Shown piece after piece: positions 27,996 to 41,655 of a DNA stretch of 64,000 nucleotides (positions are counted from its first letter, which is position 1; each line of letters starts with the position of its first letter). The notes under the pieces are model-generated. The model ran no database searches and was not told the origin of the DNA. It saw only the letters and a program-made list of their open reading frames with translations. The position numbers and the translations under genes were made by a program. The stretch is from Octopus vulgaris (taxonomy: Eukaryota): contig OX597832.1 in NCBI GenBank assembly GCA_951406725.2, positions 55,800,001-55,864,000 on the forward strand, read 5' to 3'.

Positions 27996-28814
27996 AAATA
28001 TTTGACTTAAATTAAGGCGGTGAACTGGCAGAATTGTTAGCACTACGTACAAAAAATTCTTAGCGGCTTTTTGCCCGTCGTTCAAATTCCGCCGAGGTCG
28101 ACTTTGCAGTTTATCCTCTCCGGTTCCATAAAATAAGTACCACTTGTGTACTGGAGTGAATGTAATCGTCTCACCTTGGTTAAATTAAACAAATACTGGT
28201 TTAAAATATTTGCACTAGGCCAGCAATTTCGGAAGTGGGGCGTAAGTCGATTATATCGAGCCCCTTACACAACTAGTACTTATTTTATCGACCCCAAAAG
28301 TATAAAAGGCGACCTCGGCGAAATTTGAACTCAGAAACTAAAGAGGGACGATATACTGTTAAGCTAACGACTCTGCTAGTTCTCCGCCCTGAATTAGTTT
28401 CAAATTTTAGCACAAAGCCAGCAAGTTCGGGGGGAAAAGGATGAGTCGATTACACCGACCCCCAAATATGAAAGGCAGAAGTCGACCTCACGGGAATTTG
28501 AACTCCGAACGTAAAGACGGACGAAATGCTGCTAAGCATTTTGCCCCGCGTGCTAACGATTCTGCCAGCTCACCCTATCCTCCACCCTAACTGTTTACTC
28601 TTTGCTCTTTCTCTCTCTTCCTCTCTCTCTCCCTCTCTCACTCCGTTTTTCCCTCTCGTCGTCTCTCGTTCTTCCCGCTCTCTCTCTCTTTCTCTCTCTA
28701 TCTCTCTGAGGAGTGTGTGTATTTGTGTGGTGCGTGGACATATTTCACTTTATGTATCTGATGAGAGGGCAAGTGGTTACCTCAATCGTGTTCAATTAAT
28801 AACTTGCAATACTC

Positions 28815-28865
<51 letters not shown>

Positions 28866-28914
28866 CCGGTTCCTCCCGGTCTCTTACTCTCATTCTTTCA
28901 ATCTATATGTATAT

Positions 28915-29150
28915 ATTTCTTATTTCTTTATTGCCCACAAGGGGCTAAACATAGAGGGGACAAACAAGGACAGACAAAGGGATTAAGTCAATTACATCGA
29001 CCCCACTGCGTAACTGGTACTTATTTAATCAACCCCGAAAGGATTAAAGGCAAAGTCGACCTCGGCGGAATTTGAACTCAGTACGTAACGGCAGACGAAA
29101 TACTGCTAAGCATTTCGTCCGGTGTGTTAACGTTTCTGCCAGCTGGCCGC
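28915..29150 (-). mobile_element. SINE family A
   Basis: Reverse-complement full unit. Confidence 0.88.
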
Positions 29151-29822
29151 CCTTTCTGTCCATGTGGGCACGTGTGTGTGTGTGTGCGTGTGTTTACATA
29201 CATATGTGTTTGCCCCAAATGTCAAAAGGTACTGCCATCAAAACCGGGTGAATATCCATCCAGTGAGCCGTGCCATATCGTTAGCACCGAAACAGTTGTA
29301 CTCACTTCTTTCATCCTGCCTATAATCCTATCTGTATTTATACGGTAACTGACGACTGACAGAAACAGCGTAACACAAACTAAATAGACGAAAAAATTCT
29401 AAATTTTCATAAAGAACCAACGATACAACATATTAACAGAGCAAAGTAAATCAAATTAGATTTTTCATTATTTCTTTGTAGTCTTTTTTCCATTTTCTTT
29501 CTTTTGTTTTTTTGTTTTTGTCTTTCTTTCTTTCTCTCCTGTAGAATTCCAATAATATTTCTCCTGTGAAGCAACCAAAATTTTTCATTTCGACTATAGC
29601 TCGAAATTTTAACGGCATTTGTCAGGAAGTAGCAAAATATAAATTGTAATAGAATTTCCCAAACAATGTTTAAGTAATTGTGCAAATAGAAGGGCTAAAT
29701 CAAATTACCTGCTGAATAATAACTCGACAGTCATTTCATTTTATTCCGACGTCAATTACTTTATGCGTTCTGTGGAGACTAGTTTACCAATAATTCTTCC
29801 GTACACGTCTGGTTCCTCCTCC

Positions 29823-29930
<108 letters not shown>

Positions 29931-29940
29931 TTATAGAAGG

Positions 29941-29991
29941 AGCTTCTACAGGACTAGAACTGTTTCATTCAAAAGAAATCATCAGGAAGCT
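29941..29991 (-). ncRNA. Type-I hammerhead ribozyme motif
   Basis: AGCUUC-CUGAUGA-UUUC-UUUU-GAAU-GAAACAG-UUCUAGUC-CUGUA-GAAGCU: perfect 6-bp stem I, 4-bp stem III, GUA site; stem II weak (U.U at its base). Confidence 0.8.
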
Positions 29992-30075
29992 AGTAGACAA
30001 AATAAATTAATTTACTCTGCTATGTATTGAGTACCTTATTTACTGTGGTTAACCCCGACTCAACCCGGGACCTAC

Positions 30076-30132
<57 letters not shown>

Positions 30133-30232
30133 TATATATATGTATACACATACACTCATATATATATGTACACATATATATTTATAGATACGCACACTCA
30201 CACATATAGATGTGTGTGTATCTCTCCCTTCC

Positions 30233-30756
30233 TTCTTTACTCTTTGATTTGTTTCAGTCATTTGACTGCGGCCATGCTGGAGCACCGCCTTTAAGTCGAG
30301 CACGTCGACCCCCTGGGCTTATTCTTTGTAAGCCTAGTACTTATTCTATCGGTCTCTTTTGCCGAACCGCTAAGTGACGGGGACGTAAACACACCAGCAT
30401 CAGTTGTCAAGCGTTGTTGGGGTGACAAACACAGACACACAAACATATAAACATACATACATACATACATACATACATACATACATACATACATACATAC
30501 ATACATACATACATACATACATACATACATACATACATACATACATACATACATACATACATACATACATACATACATACATTACGTACATACATATATA
30601 CGACGGGCTTCTTTCAGTTTCCGTCTACCAAATCCACTCACAAGGCTTTGGTCGGCCCGAGGCTATAGTAGAAGACACTTGCCCAAGGTGTCACGCAGTG
30701 GGGCTGAACCCGGAACCATGTGGTTGGTAAGCAAGCTACTTACCACACAGCCACTC
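30233..30756 (-). mobile_element. SINE family B with internal (TATG)n
   Basis: Both arms intact, reverse orientation. Confidence 0.9.
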
Positions 30757-30789
30757 GTACGCTATCTATCTATATATGTATGTATATAT

Positions 30790-31118
30790 AGTGAAGGTGA
30801 GTGGTTTAAGGTTAGCATTTTCGGTTCGCGATCGCAAGATCATGAGTTCGATTCCTGGTTTTGGCGTTGTGTCCTTGAGCAAGACACTTTATTTCACATT
30901 GCTCTAGTCTACCCAGCTGACACAAATGACTTGTACCTGTATTTCCACGGGCCAGCTTTATCACATTCTCTGTCACGCTGAGTCTCCGTGAGAACTACGC
31001 TAAGGGTACGGGTGTCTGTGGAGGATACAGCCACCCGCTTGCACGTTAATTTCACGAGCAGTCTGTTTCGTGGATTGAATCAACTGGAACCCTCCTCGTC
31101 GTTACCGACGGAATGCCA
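30790..31118 (+). mobile_element. tRNA-derived SINE, family C-related, diverged
   Basis: B box GAGTTCGATTCC; body like 21170-21495. Confidence 0.8.
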
Positions 31119-31120
31119 GT

Positions 31121-31151
<31 letters not shown>

Positions 31152-31152
31152 A

Positions 31153-31494
31153 CAGTGGCAGACTGGCCAGGTTGCCAGCTTGCCCGATGGCAAGTTGGCC
31201 CCTGCACCATTAGAATCTATATATGGGGGGGGGGCATGTTAGTATCTAAGGAGCTCGTCCTCTCAAGTTTGGGAATTTTTTGTTCACGCCTGGAAGAATG
31301 CATTATTTCAACCTGGCTTTGTTTGTAGACAATTGAAAAGAATACTTTTAACCCCCCCCCACAAAAAAATAAATAAATAATAGAAAAAATAAGTGATTAA
31401 GTGATAGCATTGTAGTTGAGGGTGGGCCTCGTAGTTGCGGGTGAGCCCCCTTAGTCTCCTGGCAAGCGATACTTTTAGACCCAGTCCGCCACTG
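31153..31494. mobile_element. MITE, probably hAT
   Basis: TIR cagtggc(a/g)gactgg / ccagtccgccactg; second copy at 35702-36037. Confidence 0.85.
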
Positions 31495-31781
31495 TATATA
31501 TATATATATATATATAATAGGAGTTATGGTCTATCTCTTGAAAAAGAGACCTCAGTATAAGCGTACAGTATATATGCATATATACATAATGTATATAAAG
31601 AGTTATACTCGAAGCATTAATGTATGCGCATACATTAATGAAATGTATGTGTATAGATGTTTTATTTCAGATGAGATATACATAACAATTGATATTTCTA
31701 TAAATTCTATTTTCTAATTACATATCAACACAGAAGACTTGAAAAAATTTGCAATCTTCGGTTTGGCATGTGTGCACGTTG

Positions 31782-31811
<30 letters not shown>

Positions 31812-31814
<3 letters not shown>

Positions 31815-31949
31815 ATTAATCAGCCGAAATTACTACGATGATCCGGTTCTTGACTGAAGACTGAGGGTTTCGAATGTCCTGTCCGTGTTTGTTGTATCGT
31901 CTTCTAAGTGTTATGCGTTCTTGTCACAGTTTGTATTTTTTTACATATC

Positions 31950-31950
<1 letters not shown>
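31812..31950 (+). mobile_element. Short unclassified element inserted in (TA)n
   Basis: Flanked by TA runs; related inverted copy at 45676-45848, also in a TA run. Confidence 0.55.
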
Positions 31951-32000
<50 letters not shown>

Positions 32001-32116
32001 ATAAAATATTAGGGAATAAATCCAAACTTACAGGGAAAATCAGATTTAGGATTGAATCCAATTTTATAGTAAAATAATTATATTATATTAAACCTCGCCA
32101 AGTTAAATATTTAAAC

Positions 32117-32180
32117 CACCTGAAGAATGCCTGTAACTCGGAAATTTTAAGAATTGAACAGCCATGAAACGATCGTAGTG
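32117..32180 (+). ncRNA. Type-I hammerhead ribozyme motif with palindromic stem III
   Basis: CAC-CUGAAGA-AUGCCUGU-(23 nt)-ACAGCCAU-GAAACGAUCGUA-GUG: intact core, 7/8-bp stem II, GUA site; lies in an island (31996-32310) bounded by (TA)n. Confidence 0.8.
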
Positions 32181-32305
32181 TTATATTAATTATCTTTTTT
32201 AATAATTTTGATATATATTTAAATAATATAAATTAATTAATCTTATGTATTGGCTTAAGTTTTTCATTGTATGATTTGCCTAATAGTGGTTTTATCTCTA
32301 ATTTA

Positions 32306-32338
<33 letters not shown>

Positions 32339-32340
32339 GG

Positions 32341-32402
<62 letters not shown>

Positions 32403-33779
32403 TGTAGACATATGATTTTATTACCAGCTGAAATCTTTCAGATAGTTAATCTGGTTTTCTCGTTACTGGTCTTCGGACGACAATGTAAAATGATTAGAAT
32501 AAAATTCGTATGTCTTATACAATATATATTATACATACAGCAAAAATGTTTGAATCTCATGACAAGTGACAACTCGATAGAAACAAAGAATCATATTAGT
32601 GAATGAAGTAACATTTAGTAGAAAAAATAGATATGGACGTTGAGAGAATAGAGAAAATAAAATTATGTAAACCGCAATAATAGACAAGATTACATAAATA
32701 GCTTTATATATTCGGATGTATAAAATATATGTGATATGGCCGTAGTCTCTCGTAGTTCTAGGAAGACGCTTCTGCCAATATTGTGAGCAACCTGCACAAA
32801 TGAGTTGCTTATAATGATTACATGTTTGTACGGTACATTAGCTCGCTACCTCCGTCAAATCGATTTTTCTTGAACATGTGCACGGTGTACCACTCGTCAG
32901 GTGTTGAAGCGATCGCAGGGCAATGTCAGATGAGGTGCTTTGTTCAAGAACACAACGCAGCATCTGGTCCAGGGATTAAAACTGTGACCTCGTGGTCGTG
33001 AGTGCAACACTCTAACCACTAGAAAATATATCAAGAAATGATATTTGTGTATATAAACTAGCAATGGAAGGGGAGAATTTTCGGGTTGGCTTTAAAAATT
33101 CATAAAATATTTAAAACGGAAGTCGCAAGATTCTAATTGGTTTAAATTATGTGAATATCTCTACGATCATGCATTTGTGGGTATATGGTTGAAATGTAAG
33201 TATTTTGAAACATGTTTGCATTCATTAAATATCTCGGATCTTTTGTTTAAATCAATCTTTCATTAGATTCTTCCATAAGGGTATATCTGCTCATATCTAA
33301 AACTAAAGTGATACCCAAACTTAATTATGTTCACCGTAATTTTTATATCACAAATAAGCAATTTATTAAAAGAAAGAATTGAAGTTTGGAGAAAAGTTTA
33401 CGACAAATAACCAAAGAAGTGATTCTGTAGCATTAATGTGAGGAAGTAATTAGAACCATGACGTATTCCTATGGTTTGGTAAAGTAGCCTCGACGATGTA
33501 AAAGGAACGATTCCAATTCTAATTAGATAGAAATGTTCTTGAATAATGAATGCTATTTGTCCATTAATAACGATCCTTATTACATTGATACCAGTAATAA
33601 CTGAGGTCTTAAGACTACATTGTGTTGTTGGTTCGCTGACCACTCACAGCCACATCGCAGCTCACAGTGTAGGGGTATTGCAGGCAGAGACTTTTATTGA
33701 ACTTAATATTATTATACCTGGTGGGAAAAATCACTGTTTCAAAGACTATAACAATAGCGATAACGACGACCACCACCAC

Positions 33780-34101
33780 ATAGTAGTGGTGGTAATAGTA
33801 GTAGTAGTAGTGGTGGTGGTGGTGGTAGTAGTAGTAGTAGTTATAGTGATTATATTAGTGGTAGTGTCGGTGGGTGTGTTGGTGGTAGTAATAGTCGTAT
33901 TAGTAGTAGTAGTAATGTTAGTGGTAGTGTCGGTGGGGGTGTTGGTGATGGTAGTAGTAGTAGTAGTAGTAGTAGTAATGGTGATGATGGTTGTAGTAGT
34001 AGTAGTGGTGGTGGTGGTGGTAGTAGTAGTAGTTGTAGTTGTAGTGGTGGTGGTAGTAGTACTTGTAGTGGTAATGTTAGTGGTAGTGTCGGTGGTGATG
34101 A

Positions 34102-34181
<80 letters not shown>

Positions 34182-34308
34182 ATGGTGATGATGGTTGTAG
34201 TAGTAGTAGTAGTGGTGGTGGTGGTGGTAGTAGTAGTAGTTGTAGTTGTAGTGGTGGTGGTAGTAGTACTTGTAGTGGTAATGTTAGTGGTAGTGTCGGT
34301 GGTGATGA

Positions 34309-34402
<94 letters not shown>

Positions 34403-34436
34403 AGTAGTAGTGGTAGTGGTAGTAGTAGTTGTAGTA
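33780..34436. repeat. Compound (GTA/GTG/TTA)n array with a 204-bp higher-order duplication
   Basis: The block starting aatggtgatgatggttg occurs at 33977 and 34181. Confidence 0.93.
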
Positions 34437-34918
34437 TCCGATGTTTTCGTTCGTGAACCTGCTAGCTTCCTTTGCACCGGCACGACCTCTGCAATCGAAG
34501 AGCACGTGACAGGAAATCCTGATAACAATGCACATCTAATTGTTATCGGTCAATTAAGTCTTGCTTTCGTTATTGCAGTTATAAATACTAACCTTGACCG
34601 GCCAGGCCAAGCACAGATGTCTCGTTTTTATTTCTTGTTCGCCATTTTGTTTTTTCTGTTTCTTCTCCATTTATTTTCATTTTCGTTTTCTTTTTTCTTT
34701 TCTTTTTTGATTTGTTTTGTTTGTTTGTATACTTTCATTAATACAACATCACTGCCCAGATTCTGAAGACGGTTTCTTGTAATTCTATCAATTTGGAAAT
34801 AAATTGAAAAATAAACCGATTTATGTGAGATGCAGAACTTAATTGAACATCAGTGGTTTTAATTGGCCTCTCAATGAAAATGACATTGTCTAAATACAAG
34901 ATATTCCCCCATCACTCA

Positions 34919-34957
<39 letters not shown>

Positions 34958-35701
34958 TGTTCCTCCCTCCCCCCTCGCTATCTCTTCATCGTCGCCCGCT
35001 TTCTCTCTTTTACATTCTAGAAATTCCATGGGTTTTTAGCTTGGTTAATATTTCGGAATAATTGAAAAGTTTGTTTTGTTTGTTGAACGGGAAATATTTA
35101 TTTTATTCTTTTAATCAGTTTTTTATTCCGTTTGCGTACGTGGACAAACGCACGAACCCATGCATACATACGTACATACATACATACATACATACATACA
35201 TACATACAAACATGCATACATACATACAAACATACATACTTGCATATATACATACACACATATGTACAAATATATATATATATATATATATGCATATGTA
35301 CATAGACACACACATACATACATAATTCATATATATGCTCTTTTACTCTTTTACTTGTTTCAGTCATTTGACTGTGGCCATGCTGGAGCACCGCCTTTAG
35401 TCGAGCAAATCGACTCCAGGACTTATTCTTTGTAAGCCTAGTACTTATTCTATCGGTCTGTTTTGCCGAACCGCTAACTTACGGGGACGTAAACACACCA
35501 GCATCGGTTGAAAAGCGATGTTGGGGGGACAAACACAGACACATAAACATATACACACACACAAACATATACACTTACACAACGTAAAGGCGGCGAAATG
35601 CCGCTAAGCATTTTGCCCGGCGTGCTAACGATTCTGCATGCTTTCCGCCTTATGTATATCTGTAATATGCACACACGCATGCGTCACAAGGTACATTTAT
35701 G

Positions 35702-35908
35702 CAATGGCGGACTGGCCAGGTTGCTAGCTTGCGCGATGGGAAGTGGGCCCCTGCGCCATTAGACATTAGAATCCATATATGGGGACCCATGTTAGTATCT
35801 AAGAGGCCCCATCTCCTCATGTTCGAGAATTCTTTGTTCACTCCTGGAAGAATACATTATTTCAGCCTGGCTGTGTTTGTAGACAGTTGAAAAGAATACT
35901 TTTAACAA

Positions 35909-35963
<55 letters not shown>

Positions 35964-36037
35964 ATGATAGTATTGTAGTTGCGGGTGGGCTCCCTGAGTG
36001 TCCTGGCAACCAAAAATTAAGACCCGGTCCGCTACTG
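35702..36037. mobile_element. MITE, same family as 31153-31494
   Basis: Colinear body and TIRs; imperfect 8-bp flanks catttatg/catgtata. Confidence 0.85.
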
Positions 36038-36538
36038 CATGTATATATGAGATGGTGTGTAGAATATTTTCACTTATATACATTACGCAGCACAGCTAAG
36101 TGCATAAAGGAAATGATATCCGTAATGTGCTTCCATACAAACATCGCACAGCGAATCTAAGTCTATAGAAGCGATGATATTCTTAATGTGTTCCCATATA
36201 AATCTGACAGACCGCAACTATGAGTGTATATGAGACGGTGTATGTCACGTGATCGCATATATACAGCACAGAGCACATGTGTGTGTATATATGATACGGT
36301 GTGTTTAATGAGATCACATACAGACATTATAGTACGCAGCTATGGTGCAATGATTCTCGTTTTCAATGAGTTCACAGGAATGCAATAAAGTCTGCGAGTA
36401 TCTGAAAATATATTTCAATAAATCTGCCAAACATCTGCAATACACCGCGGTCAGCATCAGAATTATATAAATATTGGTAACAAAAATGGGTGGAATCTTG
36501 TATCAAGAACCATCAATCTAGTGCCAGATCGCAAACAG

Positions 36539-36623
<85 letters not shown>

Positions 36624-36627
36624 ATAT

Positions 36628-36673
<46 letters not shown>

Positions 36674-36687
36674 AATATATACATACA

Positions 36688-36718
<31 letters not shown>

Positions 36719-36905
36719 GTATATATCTATACGCATTCATATGTAGATATTTATACACATAACTATGTATGAATCTATGCGTATATACATACATAAATAT
36801 ACATGTGTGCATGTGTGTGTATATATCTAAGTGTGCATGTATGTATATATACATATGTATTTATTAATCGCTATATCTCTATCTGTCTGTCCGTCTGTGT
36901 GTGTG

Positions 36906-36949
<44 letters not shown>

Positions 36950-37272
36950 TATATACACACGCTATATAAACACAAACGTATACACTCACCCACAAGCACA
37001 CGTTTACACATATACATATATATATACATGTATATTTATGTATGTATGTATGTATGTATGTATGTATGTATGTATGTATGTATATATGTACGAGCACAGA
37101 CGTAGAGTGAAGGATCGGCTCTACAGTGTTATAATATGCTGGAGATTGAAAACTATGTATTAGCTATATTACATTGCAGAACCTGATAAATCGTAGCCAT
37201 GTTGCGATGCATATCAGAACAACGCAGTCAAATATAATAGTCAGATGGCAGCCATACAGTGTAATACGTGTG

Positions 37273-37381
<109 letters not shown>

Positions 37382-37536
37382 GTGTGTGTTGGGCTGATTC
37401 AATTAATTATCATATTTCTTACCATGCAACTTGTTGCAATGAATGGAGGAAATATATTAGGTTTTTGGACGCGTAGAAGATAATAATATTGCCAGATACA
37501 ATCTGGAGAAGAGGAACAGTCGCGAGCATTTATATA

Positions 37537-37578
<42 letters not shown>

Positions 37579-37867
37579 ATGATATATATATACATACATA
37601 ATGATATATATATATATGTATATACATATACATACATATATATGCATATATATGTATACATGCATATATATATATACACACATAGATATACACATATATA
37701 TATTTATATATTATTATGTATGATATGTGATATACGATGTGTAATATATGCATGTACATGCGTATATGTATTTGCTTATTCATGTTTGTGTATATATGTA
37801 CACATACACACATGTATGTATGTATGTATGTATATATACATATATATATATACATACATACGTACAT

Positions 37868-37912
<45 letters not shown>

Positions 37913-38012
37913 CACATACATACATACACACACGTACATACATATTAGAGACATAAAAATCACAAATATATATACATATCTGTAAAGATACATATATACT
38001 TGATATACTGCT

Positions 38013-38058
<46 letters not shown>

Positions 38059-38490
38059 TATGTATGTATGTATGTATATATGTGTATGTGTGTGTGTATT
38101 TGTTTGCGTGCTTGTGTGTGTATGCACGTAAATGTATATATAGATATACATATGTATGCATGTATGTATGCATGTATATGTGTGTGGGGGTATGTGGGTT
38201 TGTGTAACAACTGCAATAAGTCAGATATATAAAAATATCCAGTGAAGCTTGGCAGTTTTAAAGATTTGCTTCGTCAGATCAATAAATTATTGCCTGTCCG
38301 AAAAAAAATATGACACATAAAATATCGGTTAGGAAGTTAGACGAGAAATATTTCGTTGTTGCTTATTTTCCCTTGTTAATATTTAGGCTTAATTAGGGTA
38401 GCGAACTGGCAGACTCTTTAACACGTCGGGTAAAAGGATTACCAGCGTTTCATCCGTCGAGAAATTTGAGCAGGGATGAAAGAAATTACA

Positions 38491-38996
38491 TCTATATATA
38501 TAAAACTCTAGTTGTGTGAGTGTCTGTCCCCTTCGATTTAGATTCCTAACTCCTCCCACATTTTGCGGTGCAGTTTAACCAAATTCGGGTATCTTATAGT
38601 CGTGATTCATATCAAGCCCGTCTGACTATTAGCGCGCGTCAACGATGAGTCTACGATTTTAAAAATAATTTAACATCATTTTTTATTCCATTTTAATGCA
38701 TAAAATGCATCGTATGTCGATGGCGGCGGAGTTGGCGTCCACGCTCACAGCTGCACCTGTTTGCTTCTCCCCCTTCCCTCCCTCGTGAAGCTGTGGGGAA
38801 GGGGGTGTAAAGAAATCAACGTCGTAATGCATTGTGAAGGAAACCAGCGTTCTTTTAGAACAACGACTTCATGGCTTGAAAACACCAAAACAAAAATGGC
38901 TAAGAAAGCCCGAATTTATAAGGGAAGTAACTCTCTAAAAATGCTTATATAGTTATTTCCCTTACAAACCCGAGCAACGCCGGGCGATACTGCTAG
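38491..38996 (+). mobile_element. Non-autonomous Helitron
   Basis: A|TC...hairpin...CTAG|T; related to 11711-12104; empty site visible in the inverted paralogue near 43200. Confidence 0.93.
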
Positions 38997-39180
38997 TTTA
39001 GTATAAGATTCTCAAACAGTATTTTATCGTAGAGTTTTTATTGGTGGCGTTGTATTGTGGATGGATCGTTAGCGCGCGAGACAAAATGCTTAGAGACATT
39101 TCTTTTTCTGGCTTTACGTTCAGAGTTCAAATTCCACCCAGGTCGACTTTGCCTTTCATCGTTTCGAGGTCGATAAAATA

Positions 39181-39439
39181 TTGGGTTGGTGCATAATTAT
39201 TGCGGCTTATTTTCAACAAATTTTATTCGACAAAACAATTACAATATTTAACAAAAACATCTTTAAATGACGGTCTGACCGTCTGCCATGCAAACGGGAA
39301 GCAGTAATTGGAGTAGATGGTGAATATGCTCCGGAATAATCATTTAAAGATGTTTTTGTTACATTTTGTTATCGCTTTTGTTGACGAGATTTTGTTGAAA
39401 AAAAAAAAAAAAAGCCGCAATATTTATGCACCAACCCAA
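39181..39439. mobile_element. Mariner-derived MITE inside a family A SINE
   Basis: TIR ttgggttggtgcataa(t/a)tattgcggctt, TA duplication; the centre encodes a transposase C-terminal remnant DRLPCKREAVIGVDGEYAPE*. Confidence 0.9.
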
Positions 39440-40204
39440 TAAATACTATTTGAAAACTGGGTTTGGAGCAATCGATCTGTTCCCCTCCCTGGAAATTGCT
39501 GGCCTTGTACCAAAATTGGAAATCAATATTGAGGCTTAAGTTAGCATGCCGGGCAGAATGCTTAGCGGTATTTCGTCAGTCTTTATGTTATGAGTTCAAA
39601 TTCCACCGTGGTCGATTTTGTCTTTCATTCTTTCGAGATCGATAAAATAAGCATCAGCTGGGTATTGGGGTCGATGTAATTCACTTATTCTCTCCCCCGA
39701 TATTGCTGGCCTTGGGCGAAAATTTGAATTTTAAATTTCCTACTAAATTTTTGGCCTCATTCAGAATCGTTATAATGTCAGACAAACAGCCAGATAGTTA
39801 GCATTCGTTCCCTTAGTCTTTATATGCTGACAATATTTTTTCGACCTCGAAACGATGAAAGGCAAAGTCGACCTGGGTGGAATTTGAAACCTGAACGCAA
39901 AGCCAGAAAAAGAAATGCCTCTAAGCATTTTGTCTCGCGCGCTAACGATCCATCCACAATACAACGCCACCAATAAAAACTCTACGATAAAATACTGTTC
40001 CCTTAGTCTTTATATGCCGAGGACAACTTTATTTTGTTTTTATCTTTATTGCTTCTTATTCCTTTTCATTCGATAAAATAAATTACCAGTGATATTCTGA
40101 GGTCTGTGTAATCAAATCTTCTCCCTCCGCAAAAACTTCGAGCCGCCTGCCTATGCTAGAAATAATATATTAAAACTTTATTGTCTTGGTGTATATATAC
40201 ATAC

Positions 40205-40855
40205 ATGATGACTGCCTCCTCGTTATCGAGTATGGCCATTGCACGAAGCTTAACTGTTATTGGTGCTGTGATCGAATGTGACTTTTATTTGCTTTTTAAG
40301 GCTACAGCCAGCCGCTCAGTTGAGACTCACAACACCATCAACAATCATGAACAATGTTATTATCGTGCAATGCCTGTGCAAGAAGATTTTTTTTAAAAGT
40401 GAGGAAAGGCCATGCACTGTGTCAATCCCACTCACTAAGCAACAGCAGCCATAATCCGAAAAGAAGAACAAGTCAACATCATCGGTAACCACTGAGCTGC
40501 AGGTTTTATGTCGGAGTTGTCCCAGTTACTTGAGTTACCTTCTCCTAGAAGGACGCCCTAACAAAGGCTAGGAGTCCTTCACTCCCAGTGGTTTAACCGC
40601 GCGATCGGGTATTCAATCCGATTATTTCTATGTCCCCGCGCATGATACAGCTTTAAGACATTTATTGTATGGCCGTTGACTCTCAAGAGTTCCTCCGCCC
40701 TTTGACGGTCTTTGTTTTTCATCCCGCAGGGTGTCCAATATCACCCTCCTCACCAAGCAAGCTTGGTGGGGTTGCCGGTTTAGTCGCCGACGACCGGACC
40801 ATGCAACAGGTTGTACTGGGTTACATGTTACCAGTAGCACTCGAAAGTGACCTAA
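40205..40855 (-). mobile_element. Non-autonomous RTE-derived element (5' UTR-like and 3' end-like parts)
   Basis: 5' part gaaaaacaaagaccgtcaaagggcggaggaactcttgagagtcaacggcc resembles RTE 5' UTRs (from memory); terminal stem-loop ctcgataacgag; CATA-type repeats on both sides; no ORF. Confidence 0.55.
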
Positions 40856-41188
40856 CATAACATACATACATACATACATACACACACACATTTCGGTGCA
40901 AAAAGATAGAAAATATTTTGTCTCACTTATTTCAGGTGCAGTAAATAATTTAAACTTTACAGTTGTTCAGAAATTGCATCTGTTGCCACGTAGATTTTAT
41001 GGAATTCCTTGTTCAGCAATTCTTCCTTTTCTAGAAAGGTTTTTTTTTTACTGTCCTTGAGGTACCATATGTGTCTTGATAACGAAGTGAAGTTGATTCA
41101 GCATTTATATGTCAATGACATTTCATGGATAGAGACCTGTGTGTATGTGGTATGTGTAAGAGCATGAGCAATGTGTATGTGCGTGTGC

Positions 41189-41244
<56 letters not shown>

Positions 41245-41655
41245 GCATTGTGATAAGCATTGAAAGCATTGAAAGTGATAAGCATTGAAAGTGAGAAAGA
41301 GAAAGAGAAGGACATGCATCAATTTCAACTGAGAAATGTCCATTTTAATGTCAGGATAAGAAATGGAGGGATTAAAAAAAGAAATGCATACATAAGCATG
41401 ACAAGGGATTTATTTCCTTATCGGTCGTACATTGTCGCTGCTGCTTGAAAAAGACTTTTTAAATACACAAACAAAATGTTAGCTCAAGGTTATTGATTTC
41501 TGGCACGTTGCTATTGTTGCTACTGCTGCTGTTGCTGCTGCTCATGATGCTATTTGCTCTTAAGGGCAGATAACAATAACTTTTACTCAGACCCTTAGGT
41601 CTTGCTCAAAACACGACACATTATACAACAAAAAAGGGAACAAATATAGACATAT

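Noticed and set aside
33546-34766. 406-aa poly-Val ORF and antisense 260-aa Thr-rich mucin-like ORF
   Set aside because: Both arise from (GTA/GTG/TTA)n arrays; no domain or splice support.
34765-34825. Possible hammerhead CUGAAGA-CGGUUU...AAACCG
   Set aside because: The GAAA and stem III/UH half are missing.
40700-40800. Twister ribozyme suggested by GGAGGG on the minus strand
   Set aside because: The GGUCCCAAGCCC-type P4/pseudoknot elements are absent.
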